Below, one piece after another: positions 46,943 to 57,178 of a DNA stretch of 64,000 nt; within the stretch, counting starts at the first letter, position 1, and each line of letters opens with the position of its first letter. Source of the DNA: Clostridia bacterium (GTDB lineage Bacteria; Bacillota; Clostridia; Peptostreptococcales; Acidaminobacteraceae); contig DATFJG010000123.1 in NCBI GenBank assembly GCA_035269305.1, positions 21,254 to 85,253 on the forward strand, read 5' to 3'. The position numbers and the translations under genes are program-made. The notes under the pieces were generated by a model. It made no database searches. It had not been told where the DNA came from and was given only the letters and a program-made list of their open reading frames with translations.

Positions 46943-47720
46943 CTCCTTTAATGAATTTTAAACTTTTAAATGATGTATCAATTGATTCCCCCGTAATTTT
47001 TTCGACATACTTAATAAATACATCTTCAAGAGTTTTTACATTTTCATCAGATTTTAAATTTTCTGGTGTGTCCACTGTTAACAACTCACCTTTAAAAATG
47101 AATCCAACTGCATCACAGCTTTCCGCTTCATCCATATAATGTGTTGTGACTAAAACAGTAATACCTTGATTAGATAATTCAAAAATCATTTTCCAAAATA
47201 CTCGCCTTGATACAGGGTCGACACCTGCAGTTGGTTCATCTAATATTAAAAGTTTCGGTCGATGAATAAGTGCACAACCTAAAGCCAGTCGTTGTTTCCA
47301 TCCACCTGATAATTGACTTGCTAAGACTTTTTCTTTGCCGTTAAGATTCGCCATATTTATTAATTGCTCAATACGTTCTTCTTTATCTTTACCCCGAACA
47401 CCATAGATACTCGCATAAAAATTGAGATTTTCAATTACCGTTAAATCTTCATATAAGCTAAATTTTTGTGACATATAACCTATATTTTTCTTAACTTGAT
47501 CTGGATGCTTTGAAACATCTGTATCATTTACAAAAATTTCTCCTTCTGTTTTATCTAATACACCGATGATCATTCGGATAGTTGTAGACTTACCAGAACC
47601 ATTAGGTCCAAGCAAACCAAAAATTTGTCCTTTTTTTACTTTCAGACTTAAATTTTTTACAGCAACAAAATCACCGTATTTCTTTTTAACACCTTTAAGT
47701 TCAATCATTTCTCTACCCAT
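46935..47720 (-). CDS. ABC transporter ATP-binding protein
   Basis: Walker A GPNGSGKST, signature LSGGWKQR, Walker B LILDEPTAGVD. Confidence 0.9.
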   Translation of the reverse strand: MGREMIELKGVKKKYGDFVAVKNLSLKVKKGQIFGLLGPNGSGKSTTIRMIIGVLDKTEGEIFVNDTDVSKHPDQVKKNIGYMSQKFSLYEDLTVIENLNFYASIYGVRGKDKEERIEQLINMANLNGKEKVLASQLSGGWKQRLALGCALIHRPKLLILDEPTAGVDPVSRRVFWKMIFELSNQGITVLVTTHYMDEAESCDAVGFIFKGELLTVDTPENLKSDENVKTLEDVFIKYVEKITGESIDTSFKSLKFIKGDA

Positions 47721-47721
47721 T

Positions 47722-48732
47722 TTAATCTCCTAACAAGTCTACCGTTAGATACATTCCTGGTTTGATTTTAGAAGCATTATAAATTTTTATTTTTGTTTCA
47801 AAAACTAATTCTTGCTTACTTTCTTTAGTTGATACATTTTTTGGTGTAAATTCTGCTTTTTCAGATATATATGAAATAACACCATAAGCATCTTTTTCAA
47901 TAAAATCATCTATAAATTTAACTTCCTGATTGAGTTGAATTTTTGAAATTTCTTTCTCTGGTACATAAATCACCAAATACATATTGCTTGGATCAATGAT
48001 TTTTAAAAGTGGCTCTCCCATGGTTGCAAATTCTCCAATATTAACATAATTTTTCTGAATGATGCCATCAATTGGAGCTTTAATATTACTCTTAGTAAGC
48101 TCATAATTCATTTTGTCAATCTGATTATTAATTGATTGTACATTTTTGTTTGCTTTCTTAATGACTTGTTCCGTTGTACTATTTTGAATATTTTCTTTTG
48201 AATTTATAGCTACAACTCTTTTTTGATACAGTATATCTAGTTTATCAAGACTCTGATTATAAGCCAATTCAGAAGCATCCAGCTGTTCTTTCGAGATGCC
48301 TTGCGCATTATATAAAATCTTATTTTTTTCAAATTTTTCTTTATTGTGCTCAATTACCCTTTTTTGAGCTGCTATTTCCTTATTAATTACATTAATTTCA
48401 CTTTCTTTTAAGAAAATATTTGTATCTGGTATCCCATCTAATAAATCGGATAGGGTAAGTTCTGCTATCTCCTTGTTTATTTCTAATGCTTTTAAATCAT
48501 ACTGTAAAGATTGATTTTCAATGAGGATTAATTGTTGGTCTATTTCTATTTTTTCACCTTCAGAAATATGATTCGCAATAATTTCACCACTCACTTGAGC
48601 TTTTACAATCACATCTTTTGCTTCGACAGAGCCTGTGTATAACATTGAATCCTCCGTATTGTTTAATGTGCAACTGGTTAGAAAAATCAATATTAAACTG
48701 TATAATACTAAAATATTAAGCTTTTTCATCAC
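47722..48732 (-). CDS. HlyD-family membrane fusion / efflux adaptor protein
   Basis: Lipoprotein-like N-terminus (LTSCT), a long coiled-coil hairpin and a beta-barrel C-terminus. Confidence 0.8.
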   Translation of the reverse strand: MMKKLNILVLYSLILIFLTSCTLNNTEDSMLYTGSVEAKDVIVKAQVSGEIIANHISEGEKIEIDQQLILIENQSLQYDLKALEINKEIAELTLSDLLDGIPDTNIFLKESEINVINKEIAAQKRVIEHNKEKFEKNKILYNAQGISKEQLDASELAYNQSLDKLDILYQKRVVAINSKENIQNSTTEQVIKKANKNVQSINNQIDKMNYELTKSNIKAPIDGIIQKNYVNIGEFATMGEPLLKIIDPSNMYLVIYVPEKEISKIQLNQEVKFIDDFIEKDAYGVISYISEKAEFTPKNVSTKESKQELVFETKIKIYNASKIKPGMYLTVDLLGD

Positions 48733-48740
48733 TTCCCTCC

Positions 48741-49349
48741 CTATTTTAATCCATTGATTAATTGCTCAATTACGATATCTACTTCTTCTTCGAATGTAAG
48801 GCCAGAACTCCATTGGTTTAAATAATAGTGATTAGACAACAACATTATAAATGATCCTAGCATGTTTCTAATGAAAATATAACTGTTTGTTTGATCTGTT
48901 ATAACATTTTTCTTAATACCTATATTAATCAATTTATCGAAAATTGCCTTAACATCTTCTTCAAATTCATTTTTGAATAACTCCTGTATTTCAGAATGAT
49001 TTTTATATTCAGTTAATAAAACGATTAAATAATGAGAGTAATCATCAGCTAATTTTTTTCTGTTCATGATTATTTTTTTTAGAATCTCATTGAAACTTAA
49101 ATCATCACTTTTTTCGAGTATCTCCTCTAAACTTTTTATAAATAACTTATATCCAAAATTTGATAAGAATTTTAATATCCCGCTAATCATTAGATTTTTT
49201 TTAGATACATAATATTTAAAAACTGTTCCCTCTGAAACATCCGATGCTTCAGCAATTTCTTTAGTAGTTGTGCCATCATATCCTTTTTTTGAGAATATGC
49301 TCATTGCATTTTCTAATATTCTTTTTTTAGTTCTCTCAGATTTTTTCAT
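48741..49349 (-). CDS. TetR/AcrR family repressor of the adjacent efflux operon
   Basis: N-terminal HTH (GYDGTTTKEIAEASDVSEGTVFKYY). First gene of the tetR-hlyD-ABC-ABC2 operon. Confidence 0.85.
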   Translation of the reverse strand: MKKSERTKKRILENAMSIFSKKGYDGTTTKEIAEASDVSEGTVFKYYVSKKNLMISGILKFLSNFGYKLFIKSLEEILEKSDDLSFNEILKKIIMNRKKLADDYSHYLIVLLTEYKNHSEIQELFKNEFEEDVKAIFDKLINIGIKKNVITDQTNSYIFIRNMLGSFIMLLSNHYYLNQWSSGLTFEEEVDIVIEQLINGLK

Positions 49350-49359
49350 ATAACCTCCT

Positions 49360-49385
49360 AATAAGTGAGTGATTACTCACTTATT
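49360..49385. promoter_or_regulatory. Perfect 11-4-11 palindrome, probable TetR operator
   Basis: AATAAGTGAGT-gatt-ACTCACTTATT overlaps the -10 (TATAAT) and abuts the GGAGG SD of the TetR gene. Confidence 0.65.
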
Positions 49386-49410
49386 ATATAATAATTCTTG
49401 AAACATATCA

Positions 49411-49439
49411 AAAAAAAAGAATAGTCATAAACTATTCTT
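49411..49439 (-). terminator. Intrinsic terminator after GH18 gene
   Basis: Minus strand AAGAATAGT-ttatg-ACTATTCTT followed by T8. Confidence 0.7.
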
Positions 49440-49452
49440 AATCATAAGCTCT

Positions 49453-51120
49453 TTAATCTTTTAAATATATATCTATTAAATCCCAATAATAAGTTTCTTC
49501 ATAGCCTTTTCTCCAACCAGCAATACCTGCTAAATCATATTCATTGATTAATTTAATTCTTTTTGTCATAGAATCTTTATCTTCTAACCAAATTTTTATT
49601 GTATTGCCTTCATGTTGGGTTTCAATATAATTCTGTTCTGATGCTTCATCATAAACTATTTTATAGTCAATATCTTCTAAATAACTATCGATGTTTTTCA
49701 TTTCATAAGCCTTAGAATCAATAATTCTATTATTTACCTCAACCCAAATACGCATATAAAGGGGGACACCTAATACTAATTTTTCATTCGGTACAAATTC
49801 TAATGTTCCTTCAACTCCTTTTCTAACCCAAGGTAAAGATGCAACTGAGCCACTGGTTGGTGCACTACCCCAGTGTTCATCATAGGCCATTAAAATAAAA
49901 TAATCAACTAAAGGTGCAATTCTTTCTCGATCTATAACCTTTGAATATTGATCAGAACCACCTGGCACGACTGCGTCAATCGATAAAACTAAATTTTGCT
50001 CTCTAGTCAACAATCTCACTTTTTCAACGTAATTTACTAAAGCAGCCTTATCTTTAAGATAGATATTTTCAAAATCAATATTAATCCCATCTAAATCATA
50101 TAATGCAGAGTAAATTAGCATCTGGGCGATTGATTGATTGACATATGCCTCATTATTCAACATCTCATTCGTCCAATTAGGGTTAAAACTATTACTATAT
50201 AGTCCCCAAACATCGTATCCAGCTTCATGAGCTAATTTTGTATAGGCCATGCTTGCATCATTAATAACGATGCCATTTACATTTAAAGAGAACCAGGTTG
50301 GCGAAATAACATTTAGACCATCCATTGAATCCATCTTATAATTTTTACTATCATTATAACTCGATATACTATCCCATATTAAATTTATACTTGAGTACTC
50401 TTTGGTCTTTCTTACTACATTGACTTGATTTGTTTTTTGTGTATCCTCAACTAGACTCATTTCACTTGTCTTAATGAGACCAATTTCTCCCTTTGGTGTG
50501 ATAATTTCAGAATAATTTTCTTCACCAATTTTCTTTTCATCAATAAGAATAAAGGGTTCACCACTACTCATTTCATCAAAATCAATTAATAAGTCCGCTT
50601 CTAAATAAAATACTTTCTGATTTTGATTTGTTTCATAATAATCAACTGATCTTGTATTTGTCTTTAAATAGAGACTTTCACTGTCAGAATAATAATTATA
50701 ATGCAGCGGATATATCTTTTCAAGTAGCTCTAGATTTAAATATCTTTTGCCATCAATAATCCTTAATGGGATGTTGATTCGATCTAAATTTTCATTAACA
50801 AATTTATCTAGTACCTCTGTCTCTAAAGAAAAATCCAACTGAGATAATAATACATAAACCCTTGCCCCACTATTTGACAACTCTAATGTTGGATCAATTT
50901 GATCTAAAACTAATTCAAAAGGGATATATACTCCAGCGTCTGTATTAATTTCGTAATCGTAGATATATACATCATTTACTATAAGATTACTTGTGGTTCG
51001 TTTACTTTTTAAGATTTCATATATTTCATTATATGATTCACTTTGATCTATATACATAAATCCTAAAACACTACTAACAACAAGTAATATAACTATAATC
51101 CCTATTAAAAAGACTCTCAT
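49453..51120 (-). CDS. Glycoside hydrolase family 18 protein (YaaH/YdhD-like peptidoglycan/chitin hydrolase)
   Basis: N-terminal membrane anchor. GH18 catalytic motif DGINIDFE. Confidence 0.8.
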   Translation of the reverse strand: MRVFLIGIIVILLVVSSVLGFMYIDQSESYNEIYEILKSKRTTSNLIVNDVYIYDYEINTDAGVYIPFELVLDQIDPTLELSNSGARVYVLLSQLDFSLETEVLDKFVNENLDRINIPLRIIDGKRYLNLELLEKIYPLHYNYYSDSESLYLKTNTRSVDYYETNQNQKVFYLEADLLIDFDEMSSGEPFILIDEKKIGEENYSEIITPKGEIGLIKTSEMSLVEDTQKTNQVNVVRKTKEYSSINLIWDSISSYNDSKNYKMDSMDGLNVISPTWFSLNVNGIVINDASMAYTKLAHEAGYDVWGLYSNSFNPNWTNEMLNNEAYVNQSIAQMLIYSALYDLDGINIDFENIYLKDKAALVNYVEKVRLLTREQNLVLSIDAVVPGGSDQYSKVIDRERIAPLVDYFILMAYDEHWGSAPTSGSVASLPWVRKGVEGTLEFVPNEKLVLGVPLYMRIWVEVNNRIIDSKAYEMKNIDSYLEDIDYKIVYDEASEQNYIETQHEGNTIKIWLEDKDSMTKRIKLINEYDLAGIAGWRKGYEETYYWDLIDIYLKD

Positions 51121-51130
51121 TTAATCACCT

Positions 51131-51664
51131 CTAAAAAATAATTAATCCAATACCTGCTGACATAAATATTGCAAGTATGGGATGCAATTTTACTTTCATA
51201 ACCATAAATACTACAAACAAAATAATAAGCACTTCATGATAACTATCTATAGTCTTTATACCCAACTTAATAACTACTGTAACAATAATACCAACGATTG
51301 AAGGTTTTAAACCAGTTAGTACCGCTTGAACAATTTTTGAATCTTTAAATTTCAGAAAATAATGGGCTACTATATTAACCAGTATAAATGATACGAGAAT
51401 TACACCACTTGTTGCAGCGATTGATCCAGGAATCCCCATAATCTTAAAGCCAACAAAAGTTGCTGAGTTAATACCAACTGGACCAGGTGTTATTTGAGAC
51501 AGGGCTAAAACATCTAGAAACTCTTCAACGCTTAACCACTGGGCATTATTAACAATTTCTCGCTCAATTAATGATAATGCTGTATAACCACCACCAAAAC
51601 TAAATGCACCGATTTTTAAAAATCGCCAAAAGAGACTAATTAAAATGTCCATAAACACCTCCAA
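51131..51664 (-). CDS. chrA: Chromate transporter family protein (short-chain CHR, half 2)
   Basis: FGGGYTALSLIE motif typical of CHR proteins. Overlaps its partner by 29 nt. Confidence 0.8.
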   Translation of the reverse strand: MEVFMDILISLFWRFLKIGAFSFGGGYTALSLIEREIVNNAQWLSVEEFLDVLALSQITPGPVGINSATFVGFKIMGIPGSIAATSGVILVSFILVNIVAHYFLKFKDSKIVQAVLTGLKPSIVGIIVTVVIKLGIKTIDSYHEVLIILFVVFMVMKVKLHPILAIFMSAGIGLIIF

Positions 51665-52193
51665 TCATGCCTGAAAAAATTAATGCAATAATTGGATGGA
51701 TGTTAAAAACTAAAATTGCTAGGATAGTTACTGTTATAATACATATAGAAAAAAAGTTCTTCTCAAGAGGTTTACCCAACTTATAAACAGAAAAAATCAT
51801 AATACCAATAACTGCCGGCCGAATTCCAGAAAAACTCTTCACTATAAAAGTACTATCCCGATATAACATTAAAACATTCGCCAAACCAATAATAATTAAA
51901 AATGACGGTAGAACAACTGCTAGACAAATAATCAATGCTCCCAACAATCCATGTAATTTATAACCAATAAATGTTGAAACATTTACGGCAATGATACCTG
52001 GTATTGATTGTGCAACAGCTATATAATCTAAAAATTCATCTTCTGTAACAATTTTTTCTCGATCAACTAGTTCTTTATGAATGACAGGAATCATTGCATA
52101 GCCTCCGCCAATCGTTAAAGCACCAATCCTAAAGAATATAAAAAATATTTTCAATAATTCTTTCATAGTCACCAATTTCTTTCTATACATCAT
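51636..52193 (-). CDS. chrA: Chromate transporter family protein (short-chain CHR, half 1)
   Basis: IGGGYAMIPVIH motif. Paired short-chain arrangement, as in B. subtilis YwrA/YwrB. Confidence 0.8.
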   Translation of the reverse strand: MMYRKKLVTMKELLKIFFIFFRIGALTIGGGYAMIPVIHKELVDREKIVTEDEFLDYIAVAQSIPGIIAVNVSTFIGYKLHGLLGALIICLAVVLPSFLIIIGLANVLMLYRDSTFIVKSFSGIRPAVIGIMIFSVYKLGKPLEKNFFSICIITVTILAILVFNIHPIIALIFSGMIGGVYGHFN

Positions 52194-52350
52194 TAAAGGA
52201 TAGATTAACTATCCTTCTCATAATTTTCAATATGTAACTCTATTCTTTTAATCCTTTTTACTCGATAGAATAACCAATTAGATTTTCATTCCCGAGTATT
52301 ATAATAATTTCTTCTCCATGTATATCTATAAAAATAATATACTTAATAGA

Positions 52351-52411
52351 CAAAACAAAATACCCTTTGAAATTATAATCAGCTACCAATTGATTCATAA
52401 TCTTTCAGGGT
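52351..52411 (-). terminator. Long imperfect hairpin plus U-tract downstream of the AIM24-family gene
   Basis: Minus strand ACCCTGAAAGATTATGAATCA...TGATTATAATTTCAAAGGGT followed by ATTTTGTTTTG. Confidence 0.5.
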
Positions 52412-52552
52412 TCTCTTGTTTTATGTCAATAGTTATTAAAAACTAAAATTATTAATGAAAGGTCTAACCGTCGAGTTTATATTATACTTTCATTCATCAT
52501 TTATAAAGTCTTAAATATATTTAGATCTTTCAAATCAAACTTTAGATGAGTA

Positions 52553-53302
52553 TTAATCATTAAAAAGTCCACCAACGATACCACCTAAATTATCAGGGTT
52601 ACCGCCTTTATTAGTTCTTGCTGAAGCCAAAATTCTTTCAGATAACTTTGATATTGGTAAAGATTGCATATATACGATACCAGGACCAGTTAAACTTGCT
52701 AAAAATAACCCCTCTTTTCCAAAAAGAGCATTTTTAAAACCACCAATAAATTCAATATTATAATCAACTGTATCTTCAAAGCCAACAATACATCCTGTAT
52801 CAACTTTAATTTTTTCGCCAGTTCTTAACTCTTTTTTTATAATTGCACCACCTGCATGAATAAAAGCTTTTCCAGTGCCTTGTAATCTTTGAAGAATAAA
52901 TCCTTCTCCACCAAAAAAACCAGCGCCTAATTTCTTAGTAAATTCTACTTCGACATCGATACCATTTGCAGAACATAGATAAGCATCTCTTTGACATATA
53001 AACTTACCTCTATGATTTTCTAACTGTATTGGGATAATCCCGCCTGGATAAGGTGCAGCAAAGCCTACATGACTTATTTTATTACTTGTATTTAAAAAAG
53101 TCGTAATAAAAAAGCTTTCACCTGAAACCATTCGTTTAAATCCACCAAATAACCCTCCTGAAACGCCGGTTTGCATTACTATACCGTCTTCCATAAAAGT
53201 CATTGCACCAGCTTCAGCTCTTACCCCTTCACCCGGATCCAACTCAATTTCTACAAGTTGCATATCTTTTCCATGAATCTCATAATCAATTACATCAGAC
53301 AT
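52553..53302 (-). CDS. AIM24/DUF124 (TIGR00266) family protein
   Basis: Beta-rich 249-aa protein. The motifs LDPGEGVRAEAGAM and GEGFILQRLQGTG recall this family. Confidence 0.65.
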   Translation of the reverse strand: MSDVIDYEIHGKDMQLVEIELDPGEGVRAEAGAMTFMEDGIVMQTGVSGGLFGGFKRMVSGESFFITTFLNTSNKISHVGFAAPYPGGIIPIQLENHRGKFICQRDAYLCSANGIDVEVEFTKKLGAGFFGGEGFILQRLQGTGKAFIHAGGAIIKKELRTGEKIKVDTGCIVGFEDTVDYNIEFIGGFKNALFGKEGLFLASLTGPGIVYMQSLPISKLSERILASARTNKGGNPDNLGGIVGGLFND

Positions 53303-53540
53303 ATTTTCACTCCTTTACTCAATTATACTATGATAATTATATCATTAATTTCTTAAGTTTTGAATAGTTAATTATATACTTAGTATAATCATTTTATTTG
53401 AAGAATACTTTTTGTAATATCAATGAAAATAATGGGTATAAGATTTATAACTCATAATAATCAATATGATTAGAGAAATAAAGCTTTACTTTAAGTCATT
53501 TTATGATAATATATTAAATGATATTAAGGAGTTGATTATT

Positions 53541-54005
53541 ATGCAAAAAACATTACTGACTAAGAGTGCTTTAGAAAAATTAGAAAGAAAATTAGATCAA
53601 TTAGTTTTGGTCGAACGTAAGAATATTGCACAAGAGATAAAAAGAGCTCGAGAATTTGGGGATTTATCTGAGAATGCTGAGTACCATGCAGCAAGAGAAA
53701 TGCAAGCAAAAAATGAAGCTGAAATAGCTAAGTTAAAAGAGTTATTAAGCAATTATGAATTGGTTCAAGAATCAAATGATACAGATAAAATTCATATTAA
53801 CTCTCGTGTAAAAATCGAATATTTGGATTCACATGAAGTTGCTGAACTTATGATTGTTCCAAGTATTGAAGCTGAACCTTTTGAAGGAAAAATTTCAAAT
53901 GTATCACCAGTAGGAAGTGCTTTACTTGGTCATACAAAAAACGAAATAATACCTGTAGAAATTCCAAAAGGTATTTTAAACATCAAAATTTTAGAAATTA
54001 ATTAG
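53541..54005 (+). CDS. greA: Transcription elongation factor GreA
   Basis: REFGDLSENAEYHAAREMQ motif. ATG 53541 after AAGGAG is preferred to track start 53466. Confidence 0.9.
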   Translation: MQKTLLTKSALEKLERKLDQLVLVERKNIAQEIKRAREFGDLSENAEYHAAREMQAKNEAEIAKLKELLSNYELVQESNDTDKIHINSRVKIEYLDSHEVAELMIVPSIEAEPFEGKISNVSPVGSALLGHTKNEIIPVEIPKGILNIKILEIN

Positions 54006-54027
54006 TTTTAAATAAGGAGTGGCCATT

Positions 54028-54915
54028 ATGAAGATTAAAATAATCTATAACCCCAGTGCTGGGAAAAATAGAGGACTTAGAGATATAAAAAGTTTAACAG
54101 ATGAATTATTAAATAATGGTCACTTGGTTCAAAGAATTGCTACAAAAAAAGAAAGAGATACTTTTAATGAAACTGAAAAAGCTATTGCTGATACCTTTGA
54201 TATCATTATTGCTGCTGGTGGTGATGGTACTATTAATGAAGCGGCTTCTGCTTTGGCTAAGAACAATTCTTCTATACCTTTAGGTATTTTTCAATTTGGT
54301 ACTGTTAATGATTTTGCAACTTATTTGAATATTACTAATGATCCGTATGAGTTTGCAGAAATGATTGAAAAAATGGAAATGATACCTATTGATCTAGGTA
54401 AGACTAATGGCTCTTTTTTTATTAATGTAACAGCCGGCGGCTTACTCACAAACGTAGCACATGATACACCAAGAGAAATGAAAGCTGTTTTAGGAAAGAA
54501 TGCTTATTATCTCAATGGGCTAAAAGACTTAACAGAAAAAGGTCTTTACACTTCAAACTTAACCATTATCACTGAAGATTTAGAATTAACAGATGATTTT
54601 TATTTATTTTTAGTAAGTAACTCTCCTTCTGTAGGTGGTTTTATTAATCTAGCACCAGAGGCTGAGATACAAGATGGTTTACTCGATTGTGTCTTTGTAA
54701 AAAAGGCAAGTTTTATTAATAATGTGGAAGTATTTATTAAAATATTAAATGGTAATCATATTAATAATGATAATGTTTTATATTTTAAAACCAATAAAAT
54801 AGAAGTCATTAATAACTCAGAAAGAGTTGTTGAGTATGATCTTGATGGCGAATATGGTGGTATTTTACCAATAGCCATTGAAGTTGTTCCATCAGCAATA
54901 AATATTCTGATTTAA
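54028..54915 (+). CDS. Diacylglycerol kinase-family lipid kinase (YegS/DagK type)
   Basis: YNPSAGKN and AAGGDGTINE motifs. ATG 54028 after AAGGAG is preferred to GTG 54019. Confidence 0.85.
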   Translation: MKIKIIYNPSAGKNRGLRDIKSLTDELLNNGHLVQRIATKKERDTFNETEKAIADTFDIIIAAGGDGTINEAASALAKNNSSIPLGIFQFGTVNDFATYLNITNDPYEFAEMIEKMEMIPIDLGKTNGSFFINVTAGGLLTNVAHDTPREMKAVLGKNAYYLNGLKDLTEKGLYTSNLTIITEDLELTDDFYLFLVSNSPSVGGFINLAPEAEIQDGLLDCVFVKKASFINNVEVFIKILNGNHINNDNVLYFKTNKIEVINNSERVVEYDLDGEYGGILPIAIEVVPSAINILI

Positions 54916-54980
54916 GTCCCTGTATGGGATTTTTTTATTTAGAAAATCATTTTATACAAAAATACGATACTAATAATAAC

Positions 54981-55020
54981 CAAACGGCCCCTCACTACTA
55001 AAAAAGTGAGGGGCCGTTTG
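54981..55020. terminator. GC-rich hairpin terminator
   Basis: CAAACGGCCCCTCACT-actaaaaa-AGTGAGGGGCCGTTTG followed by ATTTTG. Confidence 0.8.
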
Positions 55021-55230
55021 ATTTTGTAAAGAAAGTACCACTTCTATAGTAAGTTAATTTCTCTAAGAAAGATTGCTAAAGCAATTATTAAAAGTATCTC
55101 TAATGATAAACCAATAATAATTGAATTAATAATATTTCAACCCGCTTTTACTAACTACTATAAACCTCTTGTGTAGATTATTTCATTTTTAATTAATTTT
55201 CTATTCATCCAAATATTCAATTGCTTTTCT

Positions 55231-55674
55231 TTACTCAAAAATACTTGAATAATCCTCATAGCCTTCATCTCTAAGGTCTTCTCTTGGAATAAATCTTAAA
55301 GCTGCACTATTGATACAGTATCTTAATCCAGTTAACTCTTCTGGCCCATCTTCAAAAACATGTCCTAAATGGGAATCAGCTTTCTTAGATCTTACTTCTG
55401 TTCGAGTTCTAAATAATTTATGATCTGCTTTAGTAACAACTGCATCCTCGTCTATTGGTTTAGAAAAACTTGGCCATCCACAGCTAGATTTGAATTTATC
55501 TTTAGAAGAAAAAAGTGCTTCACCTGATACAACATCAACATAAATCCCTTCTTCAAAATAATCATGGTATGGATTTTGAAAAGGTCTTTCAGTGCCGTCT
55601 TCTTGAGTTACATGGTATTGAATATCCGTTAACTGTTCTTTCAGTTTATTTTTGTCTACTTTGTTAGATTTCAT
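55231..55674 (-). CDS. msrB: Peptide-methionine (R)-S-oxide reductase
   Basis: SelR domain with GWPSF and catalytic RYCINSAAL. Confidence 0.9.
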   Translation of the reverse strand: MKSNKVDKNKLKEQLTDIQYHVTQEDGTERPFQNPYHDYFEEGIYVDVVSGEALFSSKDKFKSSCGWPSFSKPIDEDAVVTKADHKLFRTRTEVRSKKADSHLGHVFEDGPEELTGLRYCINSAALRFIPREDLRDEGYEDYSSIFE

Positions 55675-55740
55675 CTAATCCTCCTCTTCTATTCTTATTA
55701 TTATATACCCAATGAATGGTATTTAAATAATTTTTCGCAA

Positions 55741-55766
55741 ATAAAAACCACCAACTAAGGTGGTTT
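55741..55766 (-). terminator. Intrinsic terminator after gltD
   Basis: Minus strand AAACCACC-ttagtt-GGTGGTTT followed by TTATTT. Confidence 0.7.
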
Positions 55767-55771
55767 TATCA

Positions 55772-57178
55772 TTATTTTAAATAATTATAGATACTTTTAG
55801 ATGCTTCTCTACCATCACTAATTGCTTTACATATTAAAGATGGTCCATTTTTAAGATCACCAGTGGCAAAAATTCCTTCTACATTAGTCATATGATTTTC
55901 AGTTATAATACTATTTTTTTCTCCAAAGGTTAAACCTAAAGTCTCATACATCTCATAATTTTTTGTATCAATGAACCCTGCTGCTACAATAACAAGATCA
56001 GAATCCATTTCATATTCACTATTTTCTTTAACAGTCATTTTCATTTGTCCATTAATAGATTCCCAACTTACTTGACTACAAACGACTGATTCAATACTCT
56101 CATTCCCTTTAAATCTTTGTGTAAGAGTATCCCAGCTTCGTTGGCCACCTTCTTCATGTGCAGTATTTTTTCGTAGCATATAAGGCCAATAGGGCCAAGG
56201 TGTCTTACTGGATCTTTCTTTCGGTGGTTCGGAAAGAATTTCAATCTGATGAATACTTTTTGCACCTTGTCTAATGGCAATACCAAGACAGTCTGCCCCT
56301 GTATCGCCACCACCAATGATCAATACATTTTTATCTTTAGCATTTATTAACTCATTTTCTAAAGGGATACCAGCATTTATTAAATTCTGCTGTTTTAAGT
56401 AATCTAGTGCAAAGTAAATACCTTTTAGTTGATTCCCAGGTGCATTTATTTCTCTTGGCACTGTAAAACCATTAGCTAAACATATCCCATCGTAATTTTC
56501 TTGCAGCTCTTCAATTGCTAGATCTACACCAATCTCTGTGTTACATATGAACTTAATACCTTCTTCTTTCAATAAATCAATTCGCCGATCAATAATGCTT
56601 TTTTCGATTTTATAATCTGGAATTCCCAGTCTTAACAAACCACCAGGTTCATAGTCTTTTTCATAAACTGTTACATTGACACCTTTTTTATTTAATTCTT
56701 GAGCAACAGCTAAACCAGATGGGCCAGAACCAATTACTGCTACTTTTTTATCAACTCTAAACTTAGGTTTTATGGGTTTTACGTAATTTTCTTTAAAACC
56801 TCTTTCGATAATAGATAACTCAATCTCTTTTGTCGTTACGGAACCATGGTCAATACTTAAAGAACATGATCCCTCACAAAGTGCTGGACATAATCTACCA
56901 GTAAATTCTGGAAAATTATTTGTTTCTAATAGAATTTCTAAAGCTTTCTCCCAATTATCTTCAACGATTAACTCATTGAGCTCTGGCAAAGAATTCCCTA
57001 ATGGACAAGCATAATTGCAAAATGAAACACCACAATCCATGCAGCGACTAGCTTGTTTTTTTATTGCCTCATCACTTTGATATAAATAAAATTCATTGTG
57101 ATTCTTGATTCGCTCTACAGGTGCTAATTTCTTTGCTATTTGTCTCTCAACATTTTTAAATAGTCCTTTATTATCCAA
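55772..57178 (-). CDS. gltD: Glutamate synthase (NADPH) small subunit
   Basis: N-terminal Cys clusters (CMDCGVSFC...CP) and Rossmann motifs GSGPSGL and GGGDTGADC. Confidence 0.9.
   Translation of the reverse strand: MDNKGLFKNVERQIAKKLAPVERIKNHNEFYLYQSDEAIKKQASRCMDCGVSFCNYACPLGNSLPELNELIVEDNWEKALEILLETNNFPEFTGRLCPALCEGSCSLSIDHGSVTTKEIELSIIERGFKENYVKPIKPKFRVDKKVAVIGSGPSGLAVAQELNKKGVNVTVYEKDYEPGGLLRLGIPDYKIEKSIIDRRIDLLKEEGIKFICNTEIGVDLAIEELQENYDGICLANGFTVPREINAPGNQLKGIYFALDYLKQQNLINAGIPLENELINAKDKNVLIIGGGDTGADCLGIAIRQGAKSIHQIEILSEPPKERSSKTPWPYWPYMLRKNTAHEEGGQRSWDTLTQRFKGNESIESVVCSQVSWESINGQMKMTVKENSEYEMDSDLVIVAAGFIDTKNYEMYETLGLTFGEKNSIITENHMTNVEGIFATGDLKNGPSLICKAISDGREASKSIYNYLK

Noticed and set aside
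52196-52216. Perfect 8-bp hairpin AAGGATAG/CTATCCTT just upstream of the first chrA start
   Set aside because: The SD-like AAGGA is about 19 nt from the ATG, and the true start codon of this gene is uncertain (a Met at codon 10 is also possible). This is not enough to claim translational control.
55044-55136. Hydrophobic 30-codon minus-strand frame (…IINSIIIGLSLEILLIIALAIFLREINLL) in the 210-nt gap downstream of msrB
   Set aside because: It has no ATG, GTG or TTG start after the in-frame TGA and no SD. It is probably a chance frame or a decayed remnant.
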